Shown here: positions 38,961-51,319 of the stretch, in pieces
Numbering within the stretch: position 1 is the first letter of the stretch
How the letters are laid out: each line of letters starts with the position of its first letter
NCBI RefSeq assembly: GCF_009914755.1
Contig: NC_060932.1
Direction: 5' to 3' (one strand)
Source of the DNA: the human T2T-CHM13v2.0 reference genome, Homo sapiens
DNA: 64,000 bases
Notes under the pieces: generated by a model
The model's database searches: none
Told to the model about the DNA's origin: nothing
Seen by the model: the letters and a program-made list of their open reading frames with translations, nothing else
Position numbers and translations under genes: made by a program

Positions 38961-41854
38961 TATTTTTTTTCTCTTTGTTAACTTCAGATCTCAGAATATA
39001 TTTAAGAATATCACATCTTTGAGCAGTTGCCCATTAATTCAATCTCAAAACTGGGCATCTTCTTTAAGTCATGCTATGAGTTCCTCATGCTGTTCTGTGC
39101 AATGGCAAACCAAAAATGTGTTTTAGTTTTTCTCAAAAACACATTGAAATCTCTTTATCTAGTTTTTGGAGACGGAAGATTATAGGAGTGGAAATCAGTA
39201 CCCTCCTGTTCTCTATTCCTCTCTGATACAAGCATGTGCACAGAGGTGGTTTTTGGCATTTCTCCATTTCCTGGGGACAGCTTCTTTGAAAAGGAAGTCT
39301 TTTTCTCTATTTTTATTTCCATAAAGGCTACTCAGCCAAATAAATGAGGTAGCTGTTTCTTTCCCTACCCTGCAATCTATTTGTTCTTTTTTCAAGGTTC
39401 CAACTTCTTCTTACCTTTTTTTCCTTTTTTCCAGGAAGAAAAAAAATATTTAATTTGATCCTAACTTGAAGAATCCAGGTTCAACACCTCCTGAGATACA
39501 AAAAGAGGGTGACAGTGTACCTTAATGATCCAAGAAGGCATGAGGTGGAGCAGGAAAGAAATCAAATGCTACTTTGGTGAACAATGAGATCCTACCTCTT
39601 GGGGAAGTGAGAAGCATCTCAGTAATCAGGGAAATATTTCTTTCTTCACTTGGGGTTGAGACTGTACTGTCCTCAGAACCTAATATTTGTCCTGGGGAGT
39701 TGTACAGATGTTCTATCTAACAGGTTCATGAGCTAAGAAATAAGTTTGTTTGCACTCACCCTGGTGGGCATGCATGGAGACAGCCTGAGGGTTCGACCAG
39801 TACCCAGTAGACAAGGCATTTTAGAGAACTCAGCCCCTCAGGCTTAATGTTCTCTGGAGCTTGGGTGTCACTAGATACCCATGATATTCCTGCTGCTATT
39901 CTCAGTGACTGCTCCAGCCTGTTTAAGCGAAGGGAAAGAGGTGCTGGAACAATCAAGTGGTGTCCTCACTGCTGGCAGGTGGGAGGGAGGGAGTGAAGGA
40001 GAGCAGTGAAGCAAGACTGCACTCCCAAGCAGTGAAGGAGAGAAGGAGGGTGAATGAAGGAGGAGGACAACTTGGGGTCAAGAGACTGAGGCTGGAACAC
40101 GTAAGAGCCCACTGGCCTTTTAAAGGATCTAAGCAAAGAAACTTCCCTTTTGGAATCTGGGAAAAGAATTAATTTTCCAGACTTTAATTTGTTGCCCTTC
40201 TTTGATGAAATCTCCAGAAACTTTGATAAAATGTTCTGTTTGTACTGCATAGGTCTCGTACAAAAGTGTAAGGGAGTTTGAGGGAACTTTTGGTCAGGGG
40301 AGGGTGACTGTGGTCCACTGCAACCCTCCTGTGTGCTCCTGGAGAGAGGGCATCATCTTTTACATGGAGGTGACCACAGCAGAAGACCATGACCCCCAGC
40401 AGGGCCTCGGTTCCAGGCAACGCTCACAACACATAGGAGGACCCAGAAACACTTTGTTCAGGAAGAACCACAACTCTGTACTTCAAGCAATGGTTCTGAG
40501 CTCTGGATGCAGAATGAACACAATGAGGTATCTTAATAATAACAGCTAAAGATCCACCCCAGACAAGGAAGTCACATCACTGCAGGAGGTGCCTTGGCAT
40601 AATATTTAATTTTCAAAAGCAGCTGAGATGGGGATGAGAACCAGAGGATTAGAGGAAGATGACTCCTTAAGGATGAGGACACTCATCTGGCTTAGAGACA
40701 CAACCTGGCCTGTAGCTGATACCGTCTGCACCTCAGGCTCCTCCCTGTAAAACAACTCAGTGTCAATGGTAAACTCAAATGTGAAGCTTTTCCAGTTCCT
40801 TTGGTTTTGCTCACCTGTGACGTGCACCACACCTAGCATCGAACATCGCAGCTGAATATTCAGTCCTGAGTCACCATGACTCTGCCATCAGCTGGTCAGG
40901 CAGATGAGAATTCCAGGAAGCCCGAGGCTGGCGCATCCCCCTGCCGGGAAGGGACCTAGCCTTTGCCCTGTCTCGTGGTGTGAATGTGCATTCCTGGTGC
41001 TGAGATTGCCCAGCCACCTTTACTCCCAGTCATGCTAGAGTCTGCCAGGCTTTCCTCACCTGGAGGAGGACACATGAGTCTTGTGGGAGGAATTGGATAG
41101 AAAGACACCCCCCTTTAGAGGAAGAAGGATGGAGAAGCACAATGATGCCGAAATGCTGCCTTCCAAGACTTCTTCAGCTGTAGCAACTTTCCCCACTTCC
41201 AGGCACTACCACATGCCTGGTCAATCCTACAGAGAGGCTGAGAGTCTCTTTGTCACCTGGTCCCCCCATTGCTGCCCCTCTACCCGGCCTGGCAGCTGAT
41301 GCTTCCCTCCATGGGCTCCCCCACCCAGGATCTAGGCGCTGAGTCAACTGGGAGGCAGGAAGGGAGGACAGAGTCCCTTTGACTCTCCCCACATTCTGGT
41401 GGGGCTGATCTGTCACTCTTCCGGGTGCCAGCCACTGGGCTAGTTCTTAACTTCCTTCCTTCATTTCTTCCTTCCTTCCTCCCACTTTCATTCCTCCCTC
41501 CGTTTCCTCCTTCTTTCCACAAACATAGGCATCAAGCTAAATATTCAGGAAAATAAATGGTGCACAGGTCACAGGCTCTGGGTGGCACAGGAGTCTGTAG
41601 AGGACAGCAGACACAGGAGGCAGTTGCATGGTGACAGACTCCAGCTCCAGGTGGGCCCAGCAGTGGAGGAGTCACAGGAGCGGCAGCCAGCCACATTCGG
41701 GCCTGAGTGTCAGCTTCCCGGAGAAAGTGTAGTCAGAGCTGCAAGCTAAAGGGTGAACAGGGGAAAATGTGAGCAACGCCCCAGGTGTAGGAACCAGAGG
41801 GTACAAAACTGGAAAATAAAAAGCATGTGAGTTCAGGAATTTAAAATACCTTGG

Positions 41855-42107
<253 letters not shown>

Positions 42108-44816
42108 TTAGCGGGGGCTTCTGTACAAGGGGTCTTGGGGACCCTATTGGGAAGTTTGGGGCTAACCAGGAGGACAGTGAGCAGCTTGTGATGGGGTTTA
42201 GGCAGTCAATGCGGGGGTCAGACTAGGCTTCAGGACAGTCAGCCTGGTACCTAGGGAGGCCTGGGAGCACCAGGCTCAGCGTCAGGGAGGCTCTTGACCT
42301 CCTTCCTGTCTGGTGCGCATCGCCCCTTTACGGGCCACCTGGCTTTGGTTTGGATGTCTCCGTCTTGCTTTTAGACCAAAACCGGTGGCTGAATCCACGC
42401 CCAGGGCCTGGGACCTGGCTTTGCTCTCTGCTGGCCTCCCTGTGCTTGCTCATCGAGTCTTTCCCACTTGTCATTTTCAGTTTCCATGCTGTACCCAGGA
42501 TCCTACCATAGGAAGGAAGCCAGTTCGCTCTGCTACATTGAATTTATGCTTCTCTCTTGCTTTTCTGCACCATGCAGACCCACTCGGGGACCAGGGGAGC
42601 CTCCTGTAGTGATGGGTCTCATGTCTGAGCCTGACCCTTCTCTCTCCCTGCAGCCCTGCATTGGAGTCCCAGGACACGAGAAGCTGGCAATTCAAGGCCT
42701 GACAACAGGCTTAAGCCAGTGTCTAGAGGCATGGAACTGTGCCTCTAGTTCCATTTATATTTTTGAGTGGGAAATATGAACAGTGGATTCAAACCTCTCC
42801 TTGGAAGTTCAAATGACAGGAGGAGAAGCCTGCTATGCTAACATGGATCAAAGGGATGGAGACTTTTGAGTGTAAAATCATCCACTGGCTTCTCCCAATA
42901 CCCACTGCTGGGACAGACACAAATCTCCCTCCTTCCAGGACCATCTTGCCAGGCTCCTGTCTGCTTCCTTCTCCTGAGACAGGGCAGGGGTCCCTTATCT
43001 CTTAGTCTTGAGGTGAGCTGTGAAATACCTTGAGATGGCTTCCCAGAGCGGCATGGAGCAAAGCTCACAAGTCATTTTCCACCCTGCCCAAATCCAGGAA
43101 CACATGCATTTGGCAGAAACCCCAACTCCTTTCACACATTCCCACCACAGTGAGAATAGGAGACTCCGCCCCTTTCTTCCACTTTACCAGCTGTGTGCTC
43201 TTGGGCAAGTTTCTTAACTTGGGTGAGTTTCCACTTCTTCATGTCCAAGTAATAATAACCACTTCATTGCAGATCAAGTGTAAAACATAAAAAGCAATTC
43301 TTAATGCATGGTCTTCTGTTATCCTTGTTATGACCACAGTGATTGTCACAAGCACTATTTATTAAGAGAGGGAGAGCTAGAAGTGACGTTGTGGGTGAAC
43401 AGCATGTCTCCTATATTCTACGGCATAGGAACCATGTGGCATAAGGGAAAGTGCACCAGGTTGGGGGCCCATCAGTTTCCACCATTAACTTGCTTCATGC
43501 AGACATGCCTCTTGAACCTTAAAATAGACATGGTAAAAGTCTGCTGGCTCCTGGCTGTGTGGCTCTGGGTAAGTGAGTTCACATTTCTGAGTCTTAAGTA
43601 TCTCATCTGCAGTGTAGGCATATTCATGCCACTCCATAGATGACCTGGGATCAATGCATGGGCGGTGCTCGGCACAGAAGCTGGAGTGGAGAAAGCATTC
43701 AGTAAGCTCCAACGAGCTGGGAGAGGTGGTGTTGCTAGGTCTACCTGCAGGAGGTGCTTGGGCCCCTGGGAGTTTAGCAACAGAGTTCTTCTATACCTGT
43801 ATGCTGGACAGATCTGGTCTGAGCTCTGCATCTGCCTGGGCCTTGTCTGTGTCGGTGCTTGTGTCCCATCCCAGGGGCCTCCCTCTGGGTAACCACAGTG
43901 ACCACGAAGCCCTTGCTAGCCTGTCTATAGGGTGGGCTACTCCTTTGTGTGCATTCTCAGATTTAGGCAGGACAGGCACATGTTTCCCTGCAGGCGAGAC
44001 CTGTGACTAAGCTTCCAGTGGAGTCACCTGTAGAACAACCTGCAGGTGATCTAACACACCCGTGGCATCCCATGGGGAGGAATCCTGGAAACAGCTTGAA
44101 CCTCTGGCATCCTGCCATCCCGAGGACCATCAGGATTTTAGAGATGCCATTTATGGTCTTCTGAGTGTGGCGGACCCTTGCTTCTCTGCAGAGTGAGGGA
44201 GGAAGCCGAGGACCCTGGGTGAATTGCTTTTATAATTTTGGGTGAATTTCTTAATTCATTCCGAACAGATGACATTATTTGTGTGCATAGAGGGGTATGT
44301 GGAAGGCAATTCCAAAAGAGGAATTTTAGTATTCTGAGGTATTGCAGTGTTATTGTTAAAGCACATAGCCTATGGTACTGCAAGAGTAGGATTTTGAAAG
44401 GTTTTCTTCTTTGTTTTGTTAAAAATCCATCTTATCCCTTTATTGTTGCAGTAGGTTAACAGACAGCCATTTTCAGTTGGTTGATAATCAGCCTGGGAGA
44501 GCTATGCTGCCCGTCTCTGCCTCATGTGAGGAAGGATAGGGGCTTGGAGGAGTTTCGGTGGGATGGACCTGCTCATATCGCCCAGCAAGGATTGTCATGG
44601 GGGTGGGATTTGGTGATAATAAATCACCTTTGGAGATGGGTGGCAGGACAAGAGCCTCACCTTTCTGTGACGATTATTTGCATCAAGTGTTCCAAGAGGT
44701 GGCAAGACAAACCTGACTGCCTTGATCTGAAGAGCCCAGACCAACTCTAAAAGGTTTAGACTTTGAGCTTGTGTGGGAGATTGGCTCATGCATGGGTGGT
44801 TTAAAAATCCATTCTA

Positions 44817-45115
44817 GGCTGGTCGCGGTGGGTGATGCCTGTAATCCCAGCACTTTGGGAGGCCAAGGAGGGTGGATCACCTGAGGTCAGGAGTTCGAGA
44901 CCAGCTGGCCAACATGGTGAAACCCCGTCTCTACTAAAAATATAAAAACTAGCCAGGTTCAGGTGTGCACATCTGTAATTCCAGCTATTTGGGAAGGTTG
45001 AGGCAGGAGTATCCCTTGAACCTGGGAGGCGGAGGTTGCGGTGAGCCAAGATTGCACCACTGCACTCCAGCCTGGGTGATGGAGTGAGACTCAGTCTAAA
45101 AAAAAAAAAAAAAAA
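44817..45115 (+). mobile_element. Alu (S-like)
   Basis: Full dimer with poly(A); TSD AAAAATCCATTCT. Confidence 0.95.
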
Positions 45116-47011
45116 TCCATTCTGGCTATAATTGCATAGTGAGACACTATGTGTAAATTATACATGTATCTGCATGTGTGTGTTTTAGTCACTAAATTAC
45201 TCCACCTGTATGATGTTAAAATGCAATATGTATTCTTTCCAGGTTGACAACTATCTCGAATCACATTTGCTGTATCTTATTTGAATCAAGAAGATTCAAT
45301 TATTAGTTAATAAAATGAATCACCTGTACAGTCCCAATACTGTATGGTTCATAGGAATTTCATGTAATCTTTGTTTTCAAAATCAAAGAGCAAACAACGT
45401 GTGTTCAAATTATCAAGGAAGGGCCAAAGCTCAGTGAGGTCAAGGACGGCAGACATAGGACAAGGACGCAGGCATTTTCATTCCTAGTTCAGGGCTTTTT
45501 CCAGGATGCCATGAGGCTCATTGGGGCATGGCTTCAATTTAGTGACATCCTGGGTCCCTTTTCTGTCTATGATTCCATGAGGGAGGGACAGAAGGTGCAC
45601 ATGTCATGCTGTCAGAGGCAGATGCTCAGTGTGGAGACTCAGGGGCCAGGGGACTTTTCACTTCTCCAGCCCCAACACGTCGAGCCTCCCTGTTAGCTCT
45701 GCCGCCTCCCGTGGGGTAAGTGTTAAGCCCCTGAAAATGAAGGGGTTACAAGTTCTGTTGTGAGGCCCTATAATAAAGGAGAGCTAATAAAGGCTTCGCC
45801 CCACCTTCTGACCGGATTGTAGAGATGAGTACCCCAATGGGACAGGGAGTGGTTGGAATGAGGAGAGGAAGAAGGCGGTGAAACCAGGGGATTGTGAGAG
45901 ATAAGACAAGGATGCGGGCTTCAGGCTGTGACTAGGATGTGGCCGCGATCACAGTGGGGTTTCCCAGCATCCCCTGGTGAAATCTGCCCCAGTGCTTGGA
46001 TTAAAAAGGACAGTAGTGGTGCACTGAAGAAGACCAGTGGTTGAGGCTTAGGTTAATTCACTCATTCCTTCCTCTATTTCATATTTATTGTTCTTCAGTG
46101 GTTACTAAAGATGTAAATATGAGTATTTATGTACCAGGCCCTGTCCTTGAGGAGCTCAAGGTCTAGTGGGAGGACTATAAATATGTAAATAAATGATGGC
46201 AACAGAGTGACAAGACCCTATGATAGGATGCACCGAAGTGTCTGAGGGGCAGAGACGTAGAGCAATTGATAATGCCAGGCAGGAATGCGGGGAGAGGGCC
46301 AGGAAAGCTTCAGAGTGGGGTTGAAATTTGAGCCAATTTGAGTACTAGGAGGGAACAGCTCTGTCATTCCTGGTTACTGTGTCATCTCAGGAAGCTGATT
46401 CCTTAGAGATACAGTGGAGATGATCACACTTATCTCAGAAGAAAGAGCTATGTGAAAAGTATGAGGATTTGCCAAGAAAAACATCCTGGGCCCCCATTGG
46501 ACCAGGCCTAGTCCTTCTGCCCCTGCTGGCTGGCTGGAGCTCCGGCCCATCACCAGGCACCCTCCTGCCCCTCTTAGGGTTGGCAGAGGGTTCACGCACC
46601 TCTGAGTGCCAGCCAGAGAAGCAACTTGCGATGTCCTGGGTCTCCCAGCACCTCTTCCCAGCTTCCCCTGACCACAGGCTGAAGGTGTCTTAGCAAGGAC
46701 AAGGCAGATGAATCCTCAAGTTGAAAACAGATCTGGACGGAGGGCAGGATGGGGTGGACATAATCACTACTTTTATTTGTCCTCGCACTGAGGATCATAC
46801 TCCGGTCTCTCACATGGATCCCTGGGGAGCCAGTCCACGGAGCACAGCCGAGAGGCAGTCCAGGCTTAGTCAGAGCCACAGACCGTGGGTGAGGCTCCTG
46901 CTCTTCGGCTGCAGAGAGCTGCCTCCTGGCCTCTGAAGCCGATCCACCTGGGCCACCCTGCGGTCACAACTCCAGAAGACAGGAGGCAGGAAGAGGAAGT
47001 CTCTACTCTCC

Positions 47012-47046
47012 TTATCCACAGCGTTGTCTGTGCTGCTGGCCTGTCC
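47012..47046 (-). CDS. SPAG11: SPAG11 alternative terminal exon (isoform G-type C-terminus)
   Basis: aacag|GG ACA GGC CAG CAG CAC AGA CAA CGC TGT GGA TAA encodes (G)TGQQHRQRCG*; phase 1. Confidence 0.85.
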
Positions 47047-47298
47047 CTGTTCCCAAATAAGAGCAGATGCCTGACAATGCCTCAATAAATATCCCTGCTG
47101 ATTCAGTCTGAACTTAATTCATTTCCGCACCCCCGGCGTGAATGGTACCCTGTGCAGGGCAGAGACGAATGAGGCACTGTAATCAGTGCCAAGAGATTCA
47201 GGCCAGAAGCTTTGGTAACCTGGGCCCCCTGGCTCTCCCCTGCGGTGACCCCAGCTGCTCCTGTCCTTAGCCCAGTGCCCAGCTTCAGAACAAGTGGT

Positions 47299-47299
<1 letters not shown>

Positions 47300-47336
<37 letters not shown>
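47300..47336. repeat. A37 homopolymer
   Basis: 37 consecutive A with no adjacent Alu body. Confidence 0.95.
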
Positions 47337-47341
<5 letters not shown>

Positions 47342-47756
47342 TCTGCAGGCGCCGGAAGGGCAGCGCGCCCTCGCGTGGTAGGTGTTGGTATTGCCGGGAT
47401 GCCTGCCTGACCCAAGCCTTTCAGGCTTTGAAAAAGAGCGTTTTGGGGATTCTGTCTTAGAACCACGCCAGGACATTTTAGGACTGAGTTCAATCCTGTC
47501 ACTTTACAGATGGGGACAGGGATGCTATGGAGATCTGCCCAATATCCCAGAGGGGCGGAACAAGAAAGTAAGCCCCAGTTTTGGGGGCTCTCACTTGGTC
47601 TCTGGGCTGATCCAGTCAGATTCATTCTCAGGCCTTACAGAGACACTTTACATTGAAAAAAAGAAAAAGAAAAAACAGCCAAAAAGTAAACAAAAATTAA
47701 AAAGGGAACAGAGCAACTCCAGAGCTCACCACTGAGGACTCCAGGAGCCTGCACCG

Positions 47757-47812
47757 CCTTCCCTCCCGTCCCTTCCCTTCCCCTCTCCTCCCCTTCCCTT
47801 CCCTTCCCTTCC
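47757..47812. repeat. (CCCTT)n simple repeat
   Basis: Visible pentamer repeat. Confidence 0.85.
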
Positions 47813-49716
47813 GTGTTTGCTTCCCGGAAGCCTCAGCAAACACTCCCAGACAGCCTGTTTTGTGCTGGGCAACGCCATAGGTACTAGTTTTTTACCATGC
47901 CTTACAAGTGGACAAACACTTCCTTTGGAGAAATTTTACATAAGAGGGAGATGACATTTTCCACAATTTAGATCAGCCCAGGCCCAGGGTCCACCTTAAA
48001 AATATTAAATAATACAGCCTAGGGCCCACGCGAGTGCCCTGCTGGCCGGCCCTGGACTCTGCAGAGGGCTCCCTGGGGGTTCTCACCTGCAGCACCCTGG
48101 CAGGGAGGGACGGGGTTCCCATCCTCCCCATCTCACCTGGTGGAGACCCCTTGGTCCTTGGGTGAGGCTCTGCTTCCACACCCCCAGGCTGCTGTGCTCT
48201 GATGGAGTCTGAGATCGAGCCCACCTCCTTCATTTCATTTCTGAGGAACATGAGGCCAAAAGAAGGTGCTGCTGTCTAACGGCACCTGCCCAGAAGTCCC
48301 ATCCTTATGGAACCAGGCTCCAGCCCCCCAGTGGCCCTTCATGTTATTTTGTGTTTCTGGTACACAGATCTGCTGGTGTGGGTTGGTGGCACTCCTGGCT
48401 GAGAACGTGTCTGCCAGTTCTGAGGCATGCACGTTTGCTGCGTTTCACTCTGAGCCAAGGCTAATAGGGGCCAATGCCCTTCAGGAAGTCATTCCCTTCA
48501 GGGATGGAACAATGGCTCTCCCCTCTAGAGGCATGACAGAGAGCCCTGCAGAGGTGCCTGTGCCTAAGAGAGAGTTACTCTGTGCACTTCCAGAGGTCTG
48601 TCTGATTGCATTTAGAAAAGAAAAAAAACAAGAGTGAGTTTAGAAGAGGTTGCGAGAGGCCAAAGGCAAGATGACAAATATTCATTGCAACTTGAGCTGG
48701 GAATTGAGACTGTAGCCCCAAAGTGTACATTCTAGTGGGCTCTTTACAGCACCTCAGCTCATTCAGAAGCACACTGGACTCAGGCAGCGACAGAAACAGG
48801 AACACAGAGCATCTTCCCAAGCCACCTGTCAGTCAGGAAAAAGCTTGGCATGTGGTCTCTATCTCTCAGCATGTTTGTTTTTATTATTTTTTAAATTCCT
48901 TACTTGTAATTGGTGTTCACTACTATTGGAATTAGTATTCAACAAATTCAAGCAGGATCCAGAGAAAGGCAAAAGGCAGCTAAGCATTCAGGAATCTCCA
49001 TGAACAGGGGCCCTGCCTTGCTCCAATTGCACAGAAATATGTTTTTTAGAAGGATCATAGAAGAATGAATGCTGGCTGATAGGCATACTGAGAATGCCAT
49101 TTATGAATTGCTAGCCTGGGGGAAATGTGCTTCACCTGATGATTTTCATTTTTCTTTCATTCCTAAAATGGACCTGCTTACCCCCTATTATACACACTAT
49201 CAGCTTGTTGTATTAATAAATTGAAATAGCCTAAGAGTAAATGCTTGAAAACAACACTATCCTACTGAAATGTGACCTGTTGGTGTTATTGCTTGAGGAG
49301 GCATAAAGGGAAAAGGGATAAGGTGCATTACCATCTGGGTGAATAAGCAGGAGAAGGCTAGTGCTGGGTGTGGTAAGAAAGAAGTCATCAGATGGAAAAC
49401 AGAGCAGCAGATTGGTTGCATTTATGTCTCTCTGAAAATCAGTTTGGAGCTCGGTTTCTAGTCAGTTCCCATCTCCAGATACTTAAGAGATATTCCCTTG
49501 ACTAGGAAAGGAAAGTGGAATATCACAAAATTCTGAGACCCCTTTGAAAAGGCAGTACATGGAGAAGTAAGGAAGTTAAAAAAATGTCTTTTATCAGCTC
49601 TTCACCTTTGGTGCTAAATTCATTCAACAAATATTTATTGAACACCTACTATAAGCCACACATTCCTTTAAGCCCTTGGGATACTTCAACATCCCTGCCT
49701 TCCGGGAGCTTATATT

Positions 49717-49904
49717 TTAGATCCCAGATCTGCCATCCATCTCTGGTTTCTCTTTTCCTTCTTCATCTGTATTTGATACGCAACACCTATTCCAGGGATC
49801 AGAGCAAATGTCACGCTTTTTCTCACCAGAATGGCAGAAAAAAAGTCTGCAGATCCCTTGCTGCATACGGCAGATGGTATTTCTAATTCCCAGTGGAACA
49901 TCCC
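49717..49904 (-). CDS. SPAG11: SPAG11 beta-defensin exon of isoforms D/E
   Basis: atag|GG GAT GTT CCA CTG encodes (G)DVPLGIRNTICRMQQGICRLFFCHSGEKKRDICSDPWNRCCVSNTDEEGKEKPEMDGRSGI*. Confidence 0.97.
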
Positions 49905-50126
49905 CTATGGATACAACAGAAGAGAGTTGACATTTAACTCATATAGTGCAGAGAATAGAAGATGAACCCAGCCCACTGCCAAGGGTTATATATTCTGACA
50001 AGGCTAAGTATTTTTGGACAAGCCCCAGTTTAACCGAACTTTGGCCTCTTAGCTTTAAAACAGGAACGATAATTTATATCTGAAATGTTGCCAGGAGGAT
50101 GATAGGGTGTGTTTTATGAATGCTCA

Positions 50127-50267
<141 letters not shown>

Positions 50268-50498
50268 CTAAGGAAATTAGAGGTATTAACCCATTCTCAA
50301 CTTATGGCCCAATTTTTAGTTTTATGTCCTACAACGAAAAGGAGAAAATAAAACCTCTCTCCTCACCAGGACCTGTGGGCTTGTAAGTCACAAATGACCA
50401 CCTAAATTTTTATAACAACAGGACATTGGGCAAGAGATGGTTGAAAGAAAGATCTTACTTATGTCAGATCTGCAAATGCTACGTACGATGACTTTAAA

Positions 50499-50531
50499 CA
50501 GCAGCAACAACAGCAGCAACAACAACAACAG
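50499..50531. repeat. (CAG/CAA)11 interrupted trinucleotide repeat in a SPAG11 intron
   Basis: CAGCAGCAACAACAGCAGCAACAACAACAACAG. Confidence 0.9.
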
Positions 50532-51264
50532 CACAGTGTTGGTCTTGCGTGATTAGGAAAACACTCTTGCACAACATCCAACCTCCAAACGGGGTCTAAT
50601 CCCTGATTCTGTATCATCTCAGCCCTGTCACAGCTTGGAGGAGACAGCAAAGTGAAGAAGGTGGGGGGTCCACCTTTAGTCAAGACAGAAGAGCCCCCAG
50701 CCTGGAAGCGTGGAGACTGGATTCTGGTCTTACTTCTTCCAATATCTCATTATGTCTCCTTAGACAACTCATTTAACTGGTTACACTTCAGCTTGCCCAT
50801 CTGTAAAATGTGTTCTATGTGCAAGCAGGGGGAATATTATAAGTTTGAAGACCTACTATGACCATAAAGATTCATTGCACCATGGTAAATTAACACTTTC
50901 TCTGGACTTTGGTTTTCTTTTTGTAGAGCATGGGGCTGCTATAGACAATCTCTGATTCCCTTCCAGCTCTGACATTCATATGACTATAACTTCCTTCTGA
51001 AAACTTTTCTCAGACTGCAGTGAGTGCTTGCCACTTGTATCAGAGCAAGCATACCCCTTTGTCTTGTGTCAAGACCTTTATAACACTTATTTAGCTTTTA
51101 AAAAACTTCACAGGGGAGATCAAAATTGTCCAAGACTGAGCCCCACAGTGGCCCACCTGCATCCACTAACAACATACAGACACATCTACACACTGTCCAT
51201 ACAGACACACACATAAATGGAATTCCTGCACTACCTTCCCCAGGGCTAACCAGGAGACATTTAC

Positions 51265-51319
51265 CTGAGTTTGTTTGGACCAAACAAAAGAGAACAGCAA
51301 ACAGAAAAAAGACCTTCAT
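51265..51319 (-). CDS. SPAG11: SPAG11 promoter-B first coding exon (EP2E signal peptide)
   Basis: MKVFFLFAVLFCLVQTNS(G), ending TCAG|gtaaa; minus-strand TATAAA at 51418-51423. Confidence 0.96.

Noticed and set aside
39213-39285. Minus frame SCPQEMEKCQKPPLCTC (C-x6-C)
   Set aside because: There is no C4 or CC downstream and no acceptor, which is consistent with chance.
50459-50683. Minus-strand ORF with a run of cysteines inside SPAG11
   Set aside because: It is the reverse complement of the (CAG/CAA)11 microsatellite and has no defensin spacing or splice context.
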